Positions 25,202 through 39,026 of a stretch of 64,000 bases of DNA are shown here, one piece after another. Under the pieces are notes generated by a model. That model ran no database searches. It was not told the DNA's origin and saw only the letters and a list, made by a program, of their open reading frames with translations. Numbering within the stretch: the stretch's first letter is position 1; every line of letters begins with the position of its first letter. The translations under genes were made by a program, and so were the position numbers. This DNA is from Sphagnum compactum (Eukaryota): positions 13,568,213 to 13,632,212 of the forward strand of contig OZ234493.1 in the NCBI GenBank assembly GCA_965153455.1. Direction: 5' to 3'.

Positions 25202-28200
25202 TCACACTCGTTCAAGAGCACTACGTAACTCTTTTGTCAACGAGGCAATTTCTCCACCTCTCCTGCAATTAAACAAGGATACAGGCAAGCATACAAAATG
25301 AGCCAAGGATCTCTTGGTTCAAACAGTCCTCATGAAAAGTAAACATGATTGATGTGAAACAGCTCTGAAGCTTTTGGGTTCTGACCATGTGACATTCCAA
25401 CCAGTCATGTAACCTAATCATGAATACCCAACCTGCCACCAAGAAAAGTACATCTGAATGGTTGGCAATAAACTGTTCTCAGACACTTGTCACTTTCACT
25501 TACCAGTGATAGCAAAACAATAATTAACTGCAGGTTCCAATGAAGAAAGCACTTCAATAAAGTGGACATAGAATGCCAATGTGCAGGCAAGTACCTCATG
25601 AGTGGAAGTAAACAATGGCCTACAGTTTGCAACTCATGGTAACACATAACACACCGCTCCAGCCTGCCCAACATGCTTCCACAGCTTCTTTTAACTTGCA
25701 ATTATCTTGAAAGAAATTGTAATGCCACTAATTTGCCATAGTCACATAACAAAGTCGTTGCAGGTCTAGAAACAGTTCACCCTTCTTCTATCATTGCCAT
25801 ATAATCACAATTTCATTGAATATACACCAAGAGCAACATAGAACCAATTTTTTTTGGTTATCTTGATGATGGCAAGACGTAGAGGTGAGTGCATAACTCC
25901 AATAACAATTTTACTGTCAAGTCAATCATCAGATCCTCTCCATAAGGTGATCCATCACCATAAAGCTACAATGGGTATAGCAGAGGGATCTCATGTGATA
26001 CCGTTGCTCTGCTTGGAGGTCAACACCCAATGAAGGTGCTGAAGTCCGGGTTGTATGGATGACAGGGCCAAATGTGTTTATAAGCTTCATCAAAAGAGAA
26101 AGAGCTGTCATGAGGTTCCTGTCAAGCCCACAAATATGTTTACAAGCTTCATCAAAAGAGAGTGCTGTCATGAGGTTCCTGTCAAGCCCATCTTATAACA
26201 TGAACAGCAGTTATGTGACATACTACAAACACAACAAAAAATTTGTTTGTTCATGGGGACATCAGCCCATACTAAGTTGAAACTCAAACAAAAATCCAAA
26301 CTTTTCTTCAGGAAAAAAAAAGTCCTTAGTACAGAAGAAGTCTCCATGATGACCTCAGCCTGAACTACTGGTAACACATGGGAGTTCTGCATTTACAGCC
26401 ATGTACACAGCCACAAAATTTTGAAAATCAGCTGAGATCAAGTACCTATCCTGGTCGCTGGAAAGCAAACCATTCAACAGGGGGATGAGCATGCAGCAGA
26501 TCTCCAATGTCAGAAGCTCTGTTCTCTCCATCAATACACTGAGCACATCCACTAGAACCTGGAGCACAAGTGTAGACAGCAGCCAGTTAGAATAACACAG
26601 CCCTGAAACTATGATGTTAATAATTTGGATCTGTTGATGTAGCCTAGAGAGTACATGAATCTCCTACATATGCATAAAGTGAAGTTTGCTGCAGCAAAAA
26701 ACTATTACCCTATGATGTAAGCTCCTGCGGACACAGTGGCAAAAACTAAATGGCATGCCCAGCAAAAAAAAACTGTGGAGTTGGATATTATTACAGAGTG
26801 GTCTGTCATTTTCTTCATCGCCTCCACAGCTCCTCGTGCATCATTTTTGATCCAAAATCGTCTTACAACCTGCAAGCCAAATCTGCACTCAGGCATTTGG
26901 GGAAAAACTTGACAGGTGGCACAGTCTATATCCTTGAACTATGAAGCAAAGAGCAACACTTTGCGTACCAGAATCTTTTCTAGAATTAAGAGGAGTCTGA
27001 TGAAAAAGGACATTCTGTGCTACAAAGCATTAAACAGCTTCAAACTGACATAGCTGTAGTTTTTCCTATTATCAACCTAAGTGAAAAGCATCAATGTGAC
27101 AAGTAGTGTATGCACAAGTTAAAAACATGTGAAAGCTAGTGAGGAAATGAAACACCATGTCTGGACCTGCATATTAGTAAGCCGAGACTGCATTATGCTG
27201 GCCATGGTGTGATGCTGTCGCATCAACTCCTCAATAATGCCAGTGTCATGTTTCACTGCAGACACTGTCTGCTCTGATGTTGTGCTAATACCTTTCTGCA
27301 CTTCCCCAGCAGCACACTCATATAAGCTTTTCATGACCTATAAGAACTTTGAGGAAACCAGCTTAGCTTTACTTGTGTGTATAGACAATACATCTCAAAC
27401 TTACAGACCATTGAAGAGAATAAACATGACTGCAAGCTACAATGCTCATCATGGACGCAACTAATGATCAGAAACTTGCTTATCCTCATTAGATACGAAT
27501 CCACAAGGGACTGGAAAGACCATGTGGTAATTATGGGGACTGAATGCATCCATATAAGGCTGAGCAATGGATAATCAAAGTATGTGACAGACACTAACAA
27601 TAAAGACGCTCCTGTGGTACCCACCGGAACAAACGAGTTTATATCCAGCCCAAGTGTTTTCACTCCACCACTAATGGATATAGAAGACCTTTCTGAAGAT
27701 GTATGGGATACAAAAGGCATTTCTGGGAAGCCACTGGACACACGAGGTATTTCTGGACAGCTACTGAGTACACGAGGTGCTTCTGAGAAGCTTGGCCTGT
27801 CTTTCCTCTCCCATTGTGCATGTAAAGCTCTGGTTCTTCCAGAGTCAGCTCGACCTGCCACATCAACCACAACAGAACAGTCATCTCTTGCAGGTTTTGG
27901 GTGAACAATGTCTTTGGGAAGAACCATCTATTTATTTTTACAGTCAACATTATGTGGGCTGCTACCTGTAGTGGAAGCCTCCGTCCCTGTCGTGTGTCTA
28001 ACTGATTGTACCCGAGTCATATCATCTGCACCAGGTAGGGCAACATATGAACTTAATCCATGCAAGGTTATTCACTATCTCCATGCAGGATCCAAGATCA
28101 AAAGCTCCTGTCTACTCTGTAAGAAAATTTCGACAGTCTCACACCCAATAATTCATTTTACCAGGGTCGATGACAACATCCATGGAATAACAGACATTGG

Positions 28201-31200
28201 TACGGCAACCATCATATGAACATGGTGAAGGTCACAAGTAGACAGTTCTATGGTCAAACCTGTGTAGGACTGGAAACGGCCTTGTACATGATCAGCTGGA
28301 ACTTCAAAAGATGAACTGCGCCTATAACTTCTGGACCCATTCCAGGTAACACTGCTATCCTCTCCTTCATTAGACACACGTGTCTCAGAGATAAGCTTCT
28401 CTAACTGATGAAATGAAGAGGTGTGCACACTTCTATCTGCACCATCAAAGCTTCTCTTTGCTGGGACTCCCCTCTTTCTGTGACTAGGTGAATCTATCCT
28501 AAGAGAGACTGCACCAGCATCACCTCGCAAGTTCTCTACAGTATTGTGCTCTTCTGGTTTCAAAGATGGTTTTTCCCCTGCACTTGTGGCTGGCCTGCTT
28601 TCATCTATGAGATGACAAGCACTGGCCAACTCTGTAGCAGGCCTTGGACTTAGACCAATCATGAGGTCACTGCGATTGGCAGACCGGAATACATTACTCG
28701 CTGTATGCAGTTTGGTTGTTGTCATACTACTTCTACGTGCCTGTGTAGGGGTAGGAGTGGAAACTGTTGTGGAGGTGGTGGTTGAAGCCCCTCTGCTGGA
28801 AACTGGGGTGCTTGGGCGTAGTTGTGGAGGCTCAATCTCGCCACCTGCACCCAAAAAGTTCTCAGAGGAAGCTAGAAGCTAACAAAAACAAAGATGCAAA
28901 AGTGACCACTGCATTCCATATGTATCAGAATCAAATCACATTGCTAATACTAATGCAACCAAGGACTACAAAAACACTTGGCAGCTTACTTTTCAAAGAA
29001 GAACTCAGCTTCACATTCTTCAAAGCAATTTCCACAATGTCTGTCTGATCAGTTGTGACTTTGTCAATCTTATTTGAGGTGGTGCTAACATGTTGGCCTT
29101 CTTGTGGTTGATGGTGCCCATTAGTTCCAAATTTATGAGCGAGAATGTTGTTGGCTCGCACAGGATTGCCAGGTTGGTATGGAGCAACATGCTGCACCAT
29201 ACAATCGACAAGTATGTTGGGAATTTTACTTTGCAAACAAAAGCTCATTTACTCACAAAAATCGGTTGAACAGTAAAGATTTGCTTAACATGCAGCATCT
29301 TTAAGCTTTCCCATGCTGGATGCTATCACAGGATTCAATGATGACATACCAGAAGATCAACCACCCAAACACCCACACAGCTTTGGTTGTAAGAACATCC
29401 AAGCAACTTTCCTTCATGTATGCACAAATCAGCCAACTTGTGCCATCCTACATCTACCACATCATGGCATCTGAGTGGCTCCCATGAGAAGATCTGCCAT
29501 GCCACCCAAATCACGAGCAAATTCAAAACCTAACAAGTGACTCAAACTTGATAGATGTACAAACATTGTCAGAAGTAGATTGCACAACAAGCAACAGCAG
29601 GAAAACTGTTGGACAACTTCTGCCTGGTCTCACAATCAAGCACCTATGGAATGGTTTGACTAGCCTACTAGAAGTGATATTCTCAGCCTCACACCCTGAC
29701 CCATCTGCTTTCCCCTCTCCTCCCCAATAAAATGTGGGCATGAAACTGTATGTGAGGTTTTTATTGTCTCCAAGAACAATTTTTTTGGAGACATGGATGT
29801 CAATACAAAAAGTGGATGCCATAGATAGGATTCACCTTCAGACTGTCATGCATTGCAGAAAGAATAGTTCGCCCATCTGGAGTGAAGACCATGGAGCGCA
29901 CACCGGTAGTCTGCATGCCATCATACAACAAAATGCATGTTTTTATCAAGCATTGCCCATTTATTTTCATGTGCTGGATCCACTTACACTCATCTATGGG
30001 ATATTTTCTGCAACAAAATACCTTTTCCCTTCTCTATAGCACTGATTGTGTTCGAAAGTATCCAGTCACTAACAGACAATTTGGTCGGGCTTTCTGTGGC
30101 AAGGACTATGGAGCATTTTAATAAAGTGCTTACCTCAGGACCAGCTGACCCAATAAGCTCAAAAGTCTCTAGGTCAAAAAATTTGACTGTCCTGTCTGCA
30201 GAACCTGCAGTGTGCACAACAATGAAGCGTGTTGGTGAGAAAACATTGCTACATCCTTTTAGCAGTTTCCACAATGCCAAGGATACAAGAGAAGAGGAAG
30301 ATTGGTGAGATCAAATTCACTTCAAGCTGGGAATAAGTGTTCATTTACTCCTAAGCCTCAAGCAAAACTCAAATACTCAAAATTTTGAATCAGTCATCAC
30401 CTGTGGCAAGAAGAAATTCATGGGGATGGAAGTCAAGACATTGCACTTGACCATCATGGTATTTGAAGTCGTGCATCAACTTGCCGGCTGTTAGATCCCA
30501 TAGCTGCCACACATTATGACAATGCCATCAGTGTTAAAACCTGAGTTAAGAAGACCAAAAATTCTTGTGACAGATAAGGATATCTTTCTGCTGTACTACC
30601 TGCATGAGGTCAAAATTTTGGATGTGGTGTTGCAAACAAAACTATTAATTCCTGCCCCAAAATTCAGAACAAAGTATTTCTATGAGACTCCAGAGAAAAC
30701 CTAAAACAAGACTTTGAAGGTGAAGAATGTCTATGAGATTCCAGAGAAACTCCAAAACAAGACTTTGAAGGCAGAACCTGACAATGAGTGCAGTCATAAC
30801 CTTATGAGGGTCACTCACAAAGTGCCAGACTATCATCTTCATTGTGAACAGCGGCAACTAGCTGCCATGACTCCCCACTGATGTCATGAACTCCCAACAG
30901 TGGGTGTAGATAAGAATGTACTAATCTGCACAAATTTCAGGCAAACTGCTACATGGACATCTGCATCCTGAGGTTCTTTTCCATTTCTGGAAGCAAAGGG
31001 AAGACTCAGTCATGATGTTGGCTGGCACTCAAGAGACATGTAGCTAAACAAAAAGTCAATAGTCAACTCTCAGTCAAGCTGAAACAAGCTTGTCGGATAA
31101 GCTTCATTTTCTCATAGCTTATCCCTGTAGTTGGAAAATTCCAAGACAAAGCAATGTGCTCACTTTCACTATGTTGTCCTCACCACCCGAAGCGACCCAG

Positions 31201-32737
31201 CGACCATCAGGACTGAATTTGATAGCATTGATGCCGCGAGTGTGCCCCTTGTATGTGTGAATGCATCCCTTTCTTCTAATGTCCCAGATTTTAAGATTCG
31301 TATCAAGTGATCCAGATGCAAAGAACTCTCCAAAGGGATGGTAGTCAACAGAAATACAATTTGAGCGATGACCTGTGAGAGTGCGAACAACTGCTCCCCC
31401 AACAAACAGTGTCAGAGATTCATGTCACTGTCATTCACAGATAACAACAGCATCAAGGTAGACGAAATGAAAGCCGTCTTGATAGCAGGTTACAATCTCT
31501 GCTCGGAAGAAACCAACTGATTCGACAAACCCTAGTTCAGAGACTCTCTAAGTCTAATGTGTAATAATGATGTGTGAGCCCAAAGCAGGGAAGGTTAATC
31601 TTACTCTTAGCCTCTTCAAGATCCCAGAGTTTGATAGTTCCACTTGCAGCACCTGCAACAACAAGGGCCTCGGCTGAATCGAATGTGACTGACTCCACTG
31701 CACTAGTATGCCCTGACAAGCTCTGCACAGTGCAAGAGGAAAGAACCCTATATTTTTTATCAACTGTGAAACCGTAAGAGACAATTCTCTCGTTCTCTTC
31801 AATTGGATATGTGACATGAGCCAGAGTGCATCACATACAAATGTGCTATTACATAACTTGGGTGATGAAGGCTGAAGAAACCTCAGCACCTTCATTGCAT
31901 CGATATCAAAACCTGGGGTGGGGTTTCATCCTTCTTCAAATAATTGAACCAACTGACAGGTGTGTAAAAGCTGCACTTCAGAACTAGATGGCTCTTCTAA
32001 CACTCCTACAACTGGCCAAAAATAATGCTAGAAACCTCAGTTTTTGTTGTCAGGAGCTTAAAAGCTTTTGTATGTTTTCTACCGGATGCGGCACATCACC
32101 TGTTTTTTGCCGGATAGAGATCAAAATGCTGTTGATTGTATGTGCTAAATATCAGTCGGTTTGTATGTATGGAGTTTCCAACCTCAAAAGGCATGGATTG
32201 AAACCCTAGGTGCTAATAATGGAAGAGAAAGAAAGAAAGAAAAACAAACAAAAGAGAGAAATAGGTACTGTACCAGAATGGCATTTGGCTTGCCGATGGC
32301 CCACATGTTGACCTTGTGATCTTCTCCACCCGTGACAAGCACTCTGGACGACTTCTTGCCAATTTTGAGACAATTGACATTCGATGTATGTGCCACAAAC
32401 TCCTCTGTGAAACCACCGACATAGTCAAGGAGAAGAAATCACCACCATCATCTCGTTCGATTTGCCTACTTATTACTACCTCCCAACAAACATCAAACCA
32501 CACTCTACAACAATACCACAAAACCCTAAAACACACAAAAACCGGTCACAACAAAGAATACATGAGAGAAACCATCGCGCGCGCGCGCACACACACACAC
32601 AATGTACACAACAAGAACGCAGCTTCTAGTCTAATGCTTCTTCTTCACATTCATGTTTTTTCCATCACAATCCTACAACTGCAAACTGCAATCACGTGAA
32701 CAACAAAAAGGATACGTAGCTTATAAGCTCGCTTCAT
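25202..32737 (-). CDS. KTN80: Katanin p80 WD40 regulatory subunit, 17 inferred exons; carries an apparent in-frame TAG (see findings)
   Basis: Exons (minus strand): 32737-32716, 32404-32274, 31722-31605, 31390-31164, 30503-30401, 30204-30134, 29910-29836, 29493-29350, 29191-28990, 28871-28260, 28025-27625, 27295-27167, 26869-26795, 26558-26446, 26118-26002, 25663-25595, 25262-25202. [75 protein letters not shown], and the con80 domain ending [22 protein letters not shown]. Confidence 0.93.
30780..30915. repeat. Short intronic dispersed repeat; second copy at ~51340-51490
   Basis: GAGTGCAGTCATAACCTTATGAG.GTC..TCACAAAGTG.CAGAC.ATCA.CTTCAT...GCTGCCATGACT...CAGTGGGTGT(GT)AGATAAG is shared with the PUB-gene upstream/5'UTR region. 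Confidence 0.7.
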
Positions 32738-33547
32738 ATTGCCAACTGCTCTTTTTCCCCTTCCTCCTCTCCTCTCCTCTCCTCCTAATGCTTCTAAGAT
32801 CAGAGAGCCGTTGTTTCTCCTCCCCCTCTTGTTCCGAGTGCTACCGATGTCGCCACTCGCCTTTCTCAGGAGGATAGTCGCATCTACTACTACTACTACT
32901 ACTACTGGCACCAGCAACTCTGGTATCTAACCTCCAATAATCACGAACCAGAACAGCAGCTATTGCAACCCTCCACATAGAAGACAGACTGTGAACGACG
33001 ACAACGCCGTTGCCGAAGAAGAACAGAAAAGGAAGACGAGGATGCTGCTGCTGCTGCCGCTGGTGTCCAAAACAGAAACCCATGCCATTAAGAGAACAAG
33101 AAATCTTCTTCTAGCATTGCTGCTGCTGCCGCTACAGCCGGCATCGTCGTCGTCGTCTTCGTCTTCCTACTACAACAACAACAACAAGAATAACAGAGTC
33201 CAGAACTCCAAGAGCAACAACCATCCCGCCAACGCAAAATGCAACATCGAGAAAAAAAAAAAAACACAATCGTTCGTTCGTTGCGAACTGGATCTAAAAA
33301 CACATCAAATGAAAAACCAAAAAACCAACCCCAAAACAGAAGCCAAAAAAAAAACCCCAAAACAGAAGCCAAAAAAATTGATAAAAAATTTAGAAAAAAA
33401 AAAACGACAACCCAAATTTTTTTAAAAAGGAAAAATGATGAGAAAAAAACACGACGACGATGATGATGAAGAAAGAAGATGCTGCCGACGATGCTGATGA
33501 ATGGGAGAGAGGGCTGAAGAAGAAGAAGAAGGAACTCTAGGGATGAT

Positions 33548-33579
<32 letters not shown>

Positions 33580-35309
33580 AAAACAAGCACAACAAAGGGA
33601 AGAAAAAGAAGGGAGTTGGGTTTTTACTGTAATGAGACAGCAAAAGGTTTTTAAAAAATAAAATAAAATAAAAATAAAATATTTTACTTAAAATAATCAT
33701 AATAGTAACGTTTTAAAATATAATAATAATAATAATAGTTTATTTTATTTTATTTTCCTTTTGGGGTGGGTACCCTGCCTCTATACACAAGGGGTTAATA
33801 ATTAGTGTTATTTATTACGTAGTGTATAAAATAAAATGTAGCTACAGGGTCGTCTATTTGTGGGACTAGGGTTAATGGTTTTAAGGGTGAAAAAAAGAAA
33901 AGAAAAGAAAAAAAAAGCTTACTTATTTGGCCAATCAAATTGCTAGAATAGGTGCCTTTGAATAAAAAAATTGTTTTGAGGAGTTCTCTTCAATAAACTG
34001 GCACCTTTAAAATTAAAAAATGGTAAGGCAAAGCCCTCGGTCGTAGGTCTAACCTTCCGTCCGTCCATGCATCGGGGCTTTTAAAACCTTTGATGGGCTT
34101 TTATCCGGGTTTTATTGAGCGTAATGACCATTCTAGGATTTTATTTCTTGGGGCCCCCAAACCCCCCCAGAACAAAAAAAAAAAAAAAAAAAAAACCACA
34201 AAACAAAACAATGTTGCGAGCATTTCGGAAAATGGAATGCTTGTCATTGTTGTGCCGTGTGGGCGTTTCGTTTTTCAAAATGGGCTGCTGCGAGTTTTTT
34301 TTTTTTTTTTTTTAAATGCTCCGCAATGCAACATTAGGTATGCGTGTGGTGTGCTCCGTAAATTATACTAGAAAAATTCGAGGAGATCTTTTTTTATTAT
34401 TCTCGAGACCTCCTCGAAGACTATTCGATGGAAGATTAGATGATGGACGAACAGACGGACAGACGCAACCGTGTAAGTATCTCAATGATTGATGAATTTT
34501 GAGAGAGAGAGAGAGAGTTCTTAGGGGGATTCCCGTAGGTGCAAAATTATTTCTTTTGTTCGATATGTGTTTTTGGTGTTTTTCTCACAACAATTATTAT
34601 TATTATTATTATTGGGATTCTTTTCCAAAAGCAATTTTATTATATATAAATATAAATAAATAAATAAATAAATATCCGGAAATGGAAGAACTGATTTTTG
34701 GGGTGCTTTTTGGCTGTTTTTTAAGATCCTATATATAGGTGTAAAATAAAATTAAAATAATGTGATTTCTAATTGGCGAGGGGGGCGATTTCATATTCTT
34801 ATTATTATTATTATTATTATTATGATATGCAAATCAAATGGCCCATTGCACACAAAAAAGAAAAAAACTCTCAAAACATTTGTGCTTTGTGATGCACCAT
34901 AATTAATTAATTAAATTAAATTAATTAATATGAATCACAATAAGTATGTGAGCTTTTGTAAAAGCTTAGGCCAAAAATGGTAGTGAACAAAATTAAAAAT
35001 AATTTTTTTTCATTAGTCAAATATAATGAGGTGGGGACAAAATGTGTATTCAAGATATTCGTTAAAATAGTATTTAACATAGTCCCATTTTGGTAAAAAA
35101 TGTTAATGTTTAGAAAATATCAAAATATTATGATTAACATGTACTTTAATGTTTTATATATTAGTATTTATTAGTTTAAATAGTTTAAACCTTATAGTTT
35201 ATTTATAAGTTTTATAGATTAGTATTTATTATTTAAACCTTCGATTGTGTGAAATTGAATTTCTTTTACAAATTTGAATTTTTTTTTCCTTGAATTTTTA
35301 AGAACAAAA

Positions 35310-35680
35310 ATGACTCAAAATTCAATAACCCTCACACAATAGGATGAAAAATTACAAAAATCATTTTGATGCACATGTACTCATTGAGGGCTTCCTAGTA
35401 GGGTGAAAAAAAATCGTATCCCCGAATTGCCTAAAATTTTAATTTTTAAAATTATGATTGAATTTTCAATGATAAACATATTCATAATTCAATAATTCAA
35501 TAATACATCTTCGATAGAGTATAAATCACTTCAGTGCACCCTTACTCATCGAGGGCTTGCCAATGGTACCAACAACACAATGCCAATGGTACCAAGAACA
35601 CAATGGAGGTTGTGGTTTGGGAAATCTCTCAACATGACAAAACAAACTAGACAAACAAAACTACCTTCATCAATAATGGG
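35310..35680. repeat. AT-rich dispersed repeat family; related copy at ~61310-61650
   Basis: Shared motifs ATTCAATAAC..TCAC.C.A..TAGG, AAATCAC.T.AGTGCA.C.TTA.TCATC.A.GGCTT.CCAA...TACCAA and the downstream AAAC.AGACAAAC.AAA. Confidence 0.55.
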
Positions 35681-37302
35681 GTATATAGTGTTTCACACAA
35701 CACATATAAATTTGATGACACGGGTGTAAGGTGGTGTTCAACAATTTAGGGTTTAATATTTTTGGGTCAAGTTTCCTTTAATCAAATCCTCATTTTTTTT
35801 CTTTTTTTTGCTGGAAAAAATTAAAAATTGGTCTGGGTTTCTTTTTTATGTTGTGGGTTTTTTTTTAAATCTTGTAAATTTGGTGTTTCACACAAATAGA
35901 AATACAAATCTGATGATATTATATATATATATATGTATGTTTATATATATGGTTTAGGGTTTAAGGTTTTTGACACTCAATAGGGTTGGATTTTGGGGGG
36001 GTTGATTTTCCCTTAAATAATAAGCTTTTTCTTTTTGCTTTTCTTGGTAAAACTAAAAGATTTTTGGGGTGGATTTTTTCCTCTTTTACTTTTTATGAAT
36101 CCTTAAGAAATTTCCAAATAAAAGTAAGTGAAGAAAATTCTTTGGATTTCTTTAACCATGGTTAGGTTAACTTCTCGGTCACATAAAAGTCCATTTTCAC
36201 ACTCCAGAGACATGATCAGAGTTGGGTTTTGGGGCCTTCTGCAAAGTCAGTATGGTGAAGTGGGTTGGAGAGCAGAGTTGTTAGAAGTAAGAGTCTAGAC
36301 CCCTGTTGTGCAGGTATTTGAATCGACGGTTTTGGTTAAATCCAGTCTAAGTGTAAATCCTTTACACTTACACGTCCAAATTTTTTACACTTACACTTAT
36401 CCTGTTGCAATGTATATATATATTTTTTAACACTTACATGAGGCCAGTGTAAATATTTGTCACATACACTTACACGACCCTGTGTAAATGTTTTGGGATG
36501 TTCAAGTGTAAATACTAAAATTATTTGTAAAGTCACCCTCTCTTTTGGGCCTCCTTTCACCTCAAACCCTTCTTTCAGGGGTATCCATAAAGTAAGGAAA
36601 TTGATTAGATCTGGGAATGAAATGCTGAAAATCAGCATATTTAATGCACAAGGTTCAAGACTAATTATAGTGACTTTGTTTTTCCCCCTAATACCCACAA
36701 GGTGTTCCCGGGTGTCACCGGAAAAAAACACAAGAATTAGAATTTTGAAAAAACATAATGCCCATAAATGCGGGTATTATATTTTTCAAAATGCCCGGAC
36801 TTCACACATGCAAAATTATGCATGACAATTATGCATGATAACGGGCCTTTGTCATACACTAGAAAAATACAACAAGCTCTTCATGCCCTCCCATTTGCCC
36901 CCCTTACAAGCTCCACGACAATGTGCCTAGGGTATATTGCCCCTTTGCTTTTAACCCACCTGGGCACATTAAAAAAAAATGTAACTACAATCAAAATGTC
37001 ATTGGGTTTTGAGCCCATGAGGGGTCTTTTTGATTTTGATGGGATATTGATAGAGTGTCCACTTATAACCAAAGAGAGAGAGAGAGATGGGATCATGCCC
37101 TTATCTTGAGTCATACAACAACCAAATGATTTGGCAACCAAACAAAAAGGAAAGCTTAATTGTTGACTTATTGGCCATGTTTGATTTGTGAATTTAAAAT
37201 CACTACTCCAACTACTACTACATTGTTGTTGTTGGTATGGTGTTGTTGAAAGGAATATATTATAGACTCTTATAATGATGTATGGAACAACATTTCAAGT
37301 AA

Positions 37303-38459
37303 TTATTCATACAATTTGTTTTGGTCCGCTACCATTCGTTGTGAATATCTTGTCAAGTGTAGAAGCCTAATTGTTTGGAGGAGGTAATCTTGTGTACCCT
37401 ACATCATCATCATCATCATCAAAATTGCAACAATTCAAAAAATCTCACAACTTGTCATTATGCAAGCAATAACACAAAAAAAGAAAAAACTTAGCAATCT
37501 TGTGTGCTCTTGCATCATAAAACATTGATAGTTCCAAAACCCACAAACTTGTTTCTACAAGTAATGAAAAAACACTTATTATATCATTGGTCTACGTGAT
37601 GATATCCACAACCACTCTACCCCAATCTTGGTATCGGAGTTGATGAACATTGGTGCATGCTTGAGCATACTTGGCACTATCACAAACCTACAACACTCAT
37701 TCCAACACACCCCACATCTTTGTTTGTCCATTGTGCAAATGACAAATTCCAAGCTTCTAATTTCAATCTTGAAAATCATAAGCGAAAGCAATCTTAGAGG
37801 GGAATCTTTGCGTGATTCACACACTACAACTAAAATGTGGTTATTACTTTTCCATTTGCATGAAAGAATTGTGCACAAATTCTAATTATGATTCAAAGAG
37901 TATGCATACCTCACTTTCCTTCCTCGAACGAAAAGTTGTGATAGATTACAAATCTTACGTTTCTATTCACACCCCATTTACCACAAATCCCTCATGAACC
38001 TACATTCAATTAACTTGAAGAAATTGCACATTGTTGCCTTCCTCCTCCTTACTTGTGTAGAAATGATAGTTAAACATGACACAAAAATGTTGGTGTAAGG
38101 AAAATGACAAGGGAGATGCAATTTAATAATACTTTTGTTGTTGCAGTTACGGATTCAAGTTGGCAATTCCAATTATCTTCACTTTCGACAAGATTGCCAC
38201 AATAAACATCTCCATTTTTCAATTCCATTGTGACAACATGCCCCTCAGCCTCTTGCAATAACTTCACTGGCATCTCTTGTTTTTTATTCAACTTGTCTTC
38301 ACCGTTTGCCATTGTTGCCTTCTCTCCTTCATTGTCTTCCTTTGATTCTAATGCCAACTTAATCTTCCTCATTTCTCTTGTCAACATCTCATTCCTCATC
38401 ACCGAGTTCCTCATTGTCATCATCTTGCCTTCTCTGGGGTCTAGAGAAATTGTGCCCAT
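37303..38459 (-). CDS. Divergent SmD3-like small nuclear ribonucleoprotein, 4 exons
   Basis: Exons 38459-38133, 37962-37910, 37687-37621, 37398-37303 (last exon less certain); GT-AG and in frame. Spliced core MPVKLLQEAEGHVVTMELKNGDVYCGNLVESEDNWNCQLESVTATTK|KRKICNLSQLFVRGRKVR|FVIVPSMLKHAPMF matches the SmD3 Sm1/Sm2 motifs. Confidence 0.82.
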
Positions 38460-39026
38460 CTAGCACCATGAACTTTGGAATTCTCTCATCTATATTGTTT
38501 CATGGCAAAGAAGACACAATCTTACAATTTTTTCAAACTATCAAAATTGCTTTCTCTTAAATTACACATCATGTGGGGAATCCAAATCAAAGTAATAGAA
38601 ATTACTTTTGCAGTGCCCATGGGCATTGACCATGACTAGCTTGAGGATCTCAATCTTAGCTCAAACTTCAAGCCAGTGGAATGGAAAATCATCAAGTTGA
38701 AGCTTTGCTGCCTTAATTCTCTAGGATAATTCAAAGCCATAACTACATTTCAAGAGGATCTGGTAACTGGAAACAGTGATGAATGACCATAGGAGTACCA
38801 TGGATTGGATGCCATTCATCAACATTCTATTCTTTGTAGACAATCACTGACTAAGATCTCATGATCTCTTGAGGGAACCAATCCTCCAGGTTGAGATCCA
38901 AGGGAAGTTTTGCTTTCAAATCCCCAGTTTTCAGGTTATTAGCTCATGTCATTATTTGTAGAAATTTTCTCTGAGAATTATACCTGATTTCAGCTGAAAC
39001 ATACATGGATTTTGCACAGGGGAAAA

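Noticed and set aside
32991-33700. Low-complexity ORFs of 74-163 aa upstream of katanin p80 (similar ones at 52578-53241)
   Set aside because: Derived from poly-A, CT and trinucleotide tracts typical of 5'UTRs and promoters.
36340-36800. Clustered GTGTAA/TTACAC motifs suggesting a DNA-transposon end
   Set aside because: Could not define paired TIRs or a TSD.
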